From Dethiobacteria bacterium (GTDB lineage Bacteria; Bacillota; Dethiobacteria; DTU022; UBA8154), in NCBI GenBank assembly GCA_050948825.1, contig JBMNEO010000009.1, positions 68,887 through 132,886 of the forward strand: 64,000 nucleotides of DNA, written 5' to 3'. Both the position numbers and the translations under genes were made by a program. Positions within the stretch are counted from its first letter, which is position 1, and each line of letters opens with the position of its first letter. The notes under the pieces were generated by a model that worked only from the letters and a program-made list of their open reading frames with translations, made no database searches and was not told the DNA's origin. This document shows positions 61,754 to 64,000 of the stretch, one piece after another.

Positions 61754-62566
61754 ATGACGATATGTAAAAAAAGGAACCTGGGAAAAACAGTGATTGTCAT
61801 GGTAATTTTTGGCATCGCCTTGTTCGGCTTGGCACAGGCCGCCCTGGCAAACAGCACCTACCGGGTCGCACCAAATGATACACTCTGGGCCATAGCACAG
61901 AGATACGGCACCACGGTAAATGAGCTGGCCAGTATAAACAGCATTTCAAATCCATCGACAATCTATCCAGGGCAGGTACTGACAGTACCAACAGCAACAG
62001 CAAAAATACATACTGTAAAGGCCGGAGATAGCCTCTGGCTTATCTCTCAGTGGTATGGCGTAAATCTGCAAGCACTGGTTTCAGCAAACCCCGGGATAAG
62101 TGGAAGTTATATCTACCCGGGGCAAAATATCAATATTCCTACCAGCAACGCATCGGCAGGAGTATTGGCCTCAAGGGCAGGGCGCAACTATTCATCCTAT
62201 TCACAGGGGGAAATCGAGCTCCTGGCGCGCCTGGTTCAATCCGAAGCCTCAGGGGAACCTTATATCGGACAGGTAGCCGTAGCAGCCTCTGTATTAAACA
62301 GGGTGGCAAGTCCGCGATATCCAAACACTCTTTCAGGGGTTATCTACCAGGTAGTTAATGGCAACTACCAGTACAGCCCCGTTCTGGACGGGAGAATCAA
62401 CCTGCCGGCTAATCAAACGGCTTATCAAGCAGTCTATGATGCTCTAAGCGGTTGGGATCCTTCTTACAATGCGCTGGGCTTTTACAACCCGAGAAAGACA
62501 AGTAATCAATGGGTGCGCCAGCAGCCAGTTACAACAGTAATCGGTAACCACGTGTTTTTCCGTTAA
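61754..62566 (+). CDS. cell-wall hydrolase with two LysM domains and a SleB/CwlJ-type catalytic domain
   Basis: Signal peptide. LysM x2 (YRVAPNDTLWAIAQRYG, HTVKAGDSLWLISQWYG). Hydrolase_2 motifs (LLARLVQSEASGEPYIGQVAVAASVLNR, YQYSPV). ATG 61754 follows AGGAGG. Confidence 0.85.
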   Translation: MTICKKRNLGKTVIVMVIFGIALFGLAQAALANSTYRVAPNDTLWAIAQRYGTTVNELASINSISNPSTIYPGQVLTVPTATAKIHTVKAGDSLWLISQWYGVNLQALVSANPGISGSYIYPGQNINIPTSNASAGVLASRAGRNYSSYSQGEIELLARLVQSEASGEPYIGQVAVAASVLNRVASPRYPNTLSGVIYQVVNGNYQYSPVLDGRINLPANQTAYQAVYDALSGWDPSYNALGFYNPRKTSNQWVRQQPVTTVIGNHVFFR

Positions 62567-62632
62567 TTGCAGTTAAATGACCTGAAAATGAACTAAAATC
62601 GAACTAAAACAATTCTCCCAACATTACGTTAG

Positions 62633-62656
62633 GTGGGGCAGCAACAGCTGCCCCAC
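62633..62656 (+). terminator. hairpin between convergent genes
   Basis: GTGGGGCAGC-aaca-GCTGCCCCAC followed by TAGCGTTTTATT. Confidence 0.65.
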
Positions 62657-63975
62657 TAGCGTTTTATTAAGGGTATATAACTCCTTTTTTTGATCACGTT
62701 CTTGTAAGCAGGACGAATTACTTTGCCGCCGCTTATTATTTCTTCTATTCTATGGGCTGACCATCCCGCGATCCTGGCCATGGCAAAAATAGGTGTATAG
62801 AGATCGGAAGGGATATTTAACATTTTGTATACAAAGCCTGAATAAAAATCAACGTTGACAGCAATAGGCTCGGTAATATTTTTTACTTCAGCCAGCACCT
62901 GAGGAGCCAGTATTTCGACAAGTTCATATAACCCGTATTCCTCCTGCATGTTTTTTTCCCGGGAAAGTTCGCCGGCCTTCTCTTTGAGCAACAGTTCCCT
63001 TGGATCAGAAAGGGTATAAACAGCATGGCCTATACCATATAATAACCCTTTTTTATCAAAGGTCTCTTTTCTGAGTATTTTTACCAGGTAGTCCTCAATC
63101 TCTCGCTCGTTATCCCAGTTTTTAACGTTTTTCTTGATATCATTCATCATTTCTATGACTTTAATATTAGCCCCTCCATGTTTGGGGCCCTTTAGGGCTC
63201 CTATTGCGGCAGCAATTGTTGAATAAGTATCGGTATCTGTTGAGGATACAACATGGGTTGTAAACGCAGAGTTATTTCCTCCCCCGTGTTCTGCATGTAA
63301 AATTAAATTCAGGTCTAAAGTGTCGGCTTCCAGTTCGCTGTACTGGTTATCAGGTCTGATCATGTACAAAAAATTTTCGGAAGGAGTTAAATCTTGCCTG
63401 GGCTTATGAATATAAAGACTGTGATTATTAAAAAAATATTCTTTCGCCTGGAAACCATAGGCAGCTAATGTCGGTATTCGGGCAATAAGTTCTATTGATT
63501 GCCGAAGGACATTGGAAACACTTGTATCGTCTGCATTGTCATCATATGAATAGCAGGTCAGGACACTCCTGGCCAGTTGATTCATAATATCCCTGCTGGG
63601 AGCTTTTAAAATCATATCTTCTGTAAAACCTTCGGGGAGCAACCTGCTCTCATAAACCATTTGCTTAAAATAATTTAACTGTTTTTCAGTCGGCAATTGG
63701 CCAAATAATAGTAAATAGCATACTTCATCAAAACCATGCCGTTTCTCTTTTTGGAATCCTTTTACCAGGTCATTGATTTCAATTCCGCGGTAGTACAAAC
63801 GGCCTTCCACGGGGGTTTTTTCCAGTTCATCCATAATATAGGAATGGACATCTCCGATCGCCGTAAGGCCAACCAGAACTCCTGTACCATCACTGTTCCT
63901 CAATCCCCGTTTGGTATTAAATCTTTCATGCAATTGCGGATCGATATAGCTATTATTTTCAGCTGTCTGGACCAT
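62656..63975 (-). CDS. citrate synthase
   Basis: 439 aa with catalytic-site motifs HAEHGGGNNS and GHAVY, plus the C-terminal RPAY. RGLRN near the N-terminus. Confidence 0.85.
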   Translation of the reverse strand: MVQTAENNSYIDPQLHERFNTKRGLRNSDGTGVLVGLTAIGDVHSYIMDELEKTPVEGRLYYRGIEINDLVKGFQKEKRHGFDEVCYLLLFGQLPTEKQLNYFKQMVYESRLLPEGFTEDMILKAPSRDIMNQLARSVLTCYSYDDNADDTSVSNVLRQSIELIARIPTLAAYGFQAKEYFFNNHSLYIHKPRQDLTPSENFLYMIRPDNQYSELEADTLDLNLILHAEHGGGNNSAFTTHVVSSTDTDTYSTIAAAIGALKGPKHGGANIKVIEMMNDIKKNVKNWDNEREIEDYLVKILRKETFDKKGLLYGIGHAVYTLSDPRELLLKEKAGELSREKNMQEEYGLYELVEILAPQVLAEVKNITEPIAVNVDFYSGFVYKMLNIPSDLYTPIFAMARIAGWSAHRIEEIISGGKVIRPAYKNVIKKRSYIPLIKR

Positions 63976-64000
63976 CTCCTGAAAAATATCCTGACTAAAA

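Noticed and set aside
1-64000. tRNA, rRNA, transposase, integrase or phage genes
   Set aside because: I looked in all larger intergenic gaps and all ORFs. No T-loop/acceptor-like structures, no rRNA-like stretches, and no DDE/serine/tyrosine recombinase motifs were found.

Overview
This is a 64-kb chromosomal segment that looks like an endospore-forming anaerobic Firmicute (Clostridia). The taxon is inferred from gene content only: cwlD-like amidase, an SspH-type spore protein, a LysM/SleB-type cortex hydrolase, YqhV, acetogen-type metFV, cobQ, and a UGA-containing HesB-like gene. I call about 55 protein genes, roughly 85% on the minus strand. I saw no rRNA, tRNA, CRISPR array, transposase or phage genes.

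Gene blocks, in order:
- Spore and envelope genes (0-7 kb).
- A membrane-anchored LuxR regulator with an orphan solute-binding lipoprotein (8.3-11.5 kb).
- A five-gene operon joining an FdhA/NuoG-like subunit, a NuoE-like subunit and a NuoF::GltD fusion to MetV-MetF (11.7-19.5 kb).
- Two-component genes (19.5-22.6 kb).
- A decayed accessory patch with a GIY-YIG remnant, BceAB-type transporter genes, and an in-frame REC-HATPase chimera left from bceRS (24-28 kb).
- A hybrid histidine kinase and a frameshifted ~1878-codon pseudokinase-STAND-TPR-GAF-PAS-histidine kinase gene (30-37.8 kb).
- cobQ and a HesB/IscA-like gene with an in-frame TGA at the conserved Cys position (39-41.3 kb).
- An MBL-fold lipoprotein gene split at a G8 tract (43.8 kb).
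- MoxR/VWA, NamZ-like, M20 peptidase, MFS, sirtuin and a bifunctional nuclease (45-54 kb).
- A treT/treZ/GH57-like glucan locus (54-59.3 kb).
- More spore-related genes and citrate synthase (60-64 kb).

The most distinctive non-coding signal is a dispersed, strictly intergenic GC-rich repeat family with the core GGGGACGGTTCT. Its arms vary from locus to locus. Three copies carry an outward-facing sigma-A-like promoter with an extended -10. The family sits alongside many short tandem 'word' duplications in AT-rich spacers.

All functional calls come from reading motifs by eye. No database search was run.
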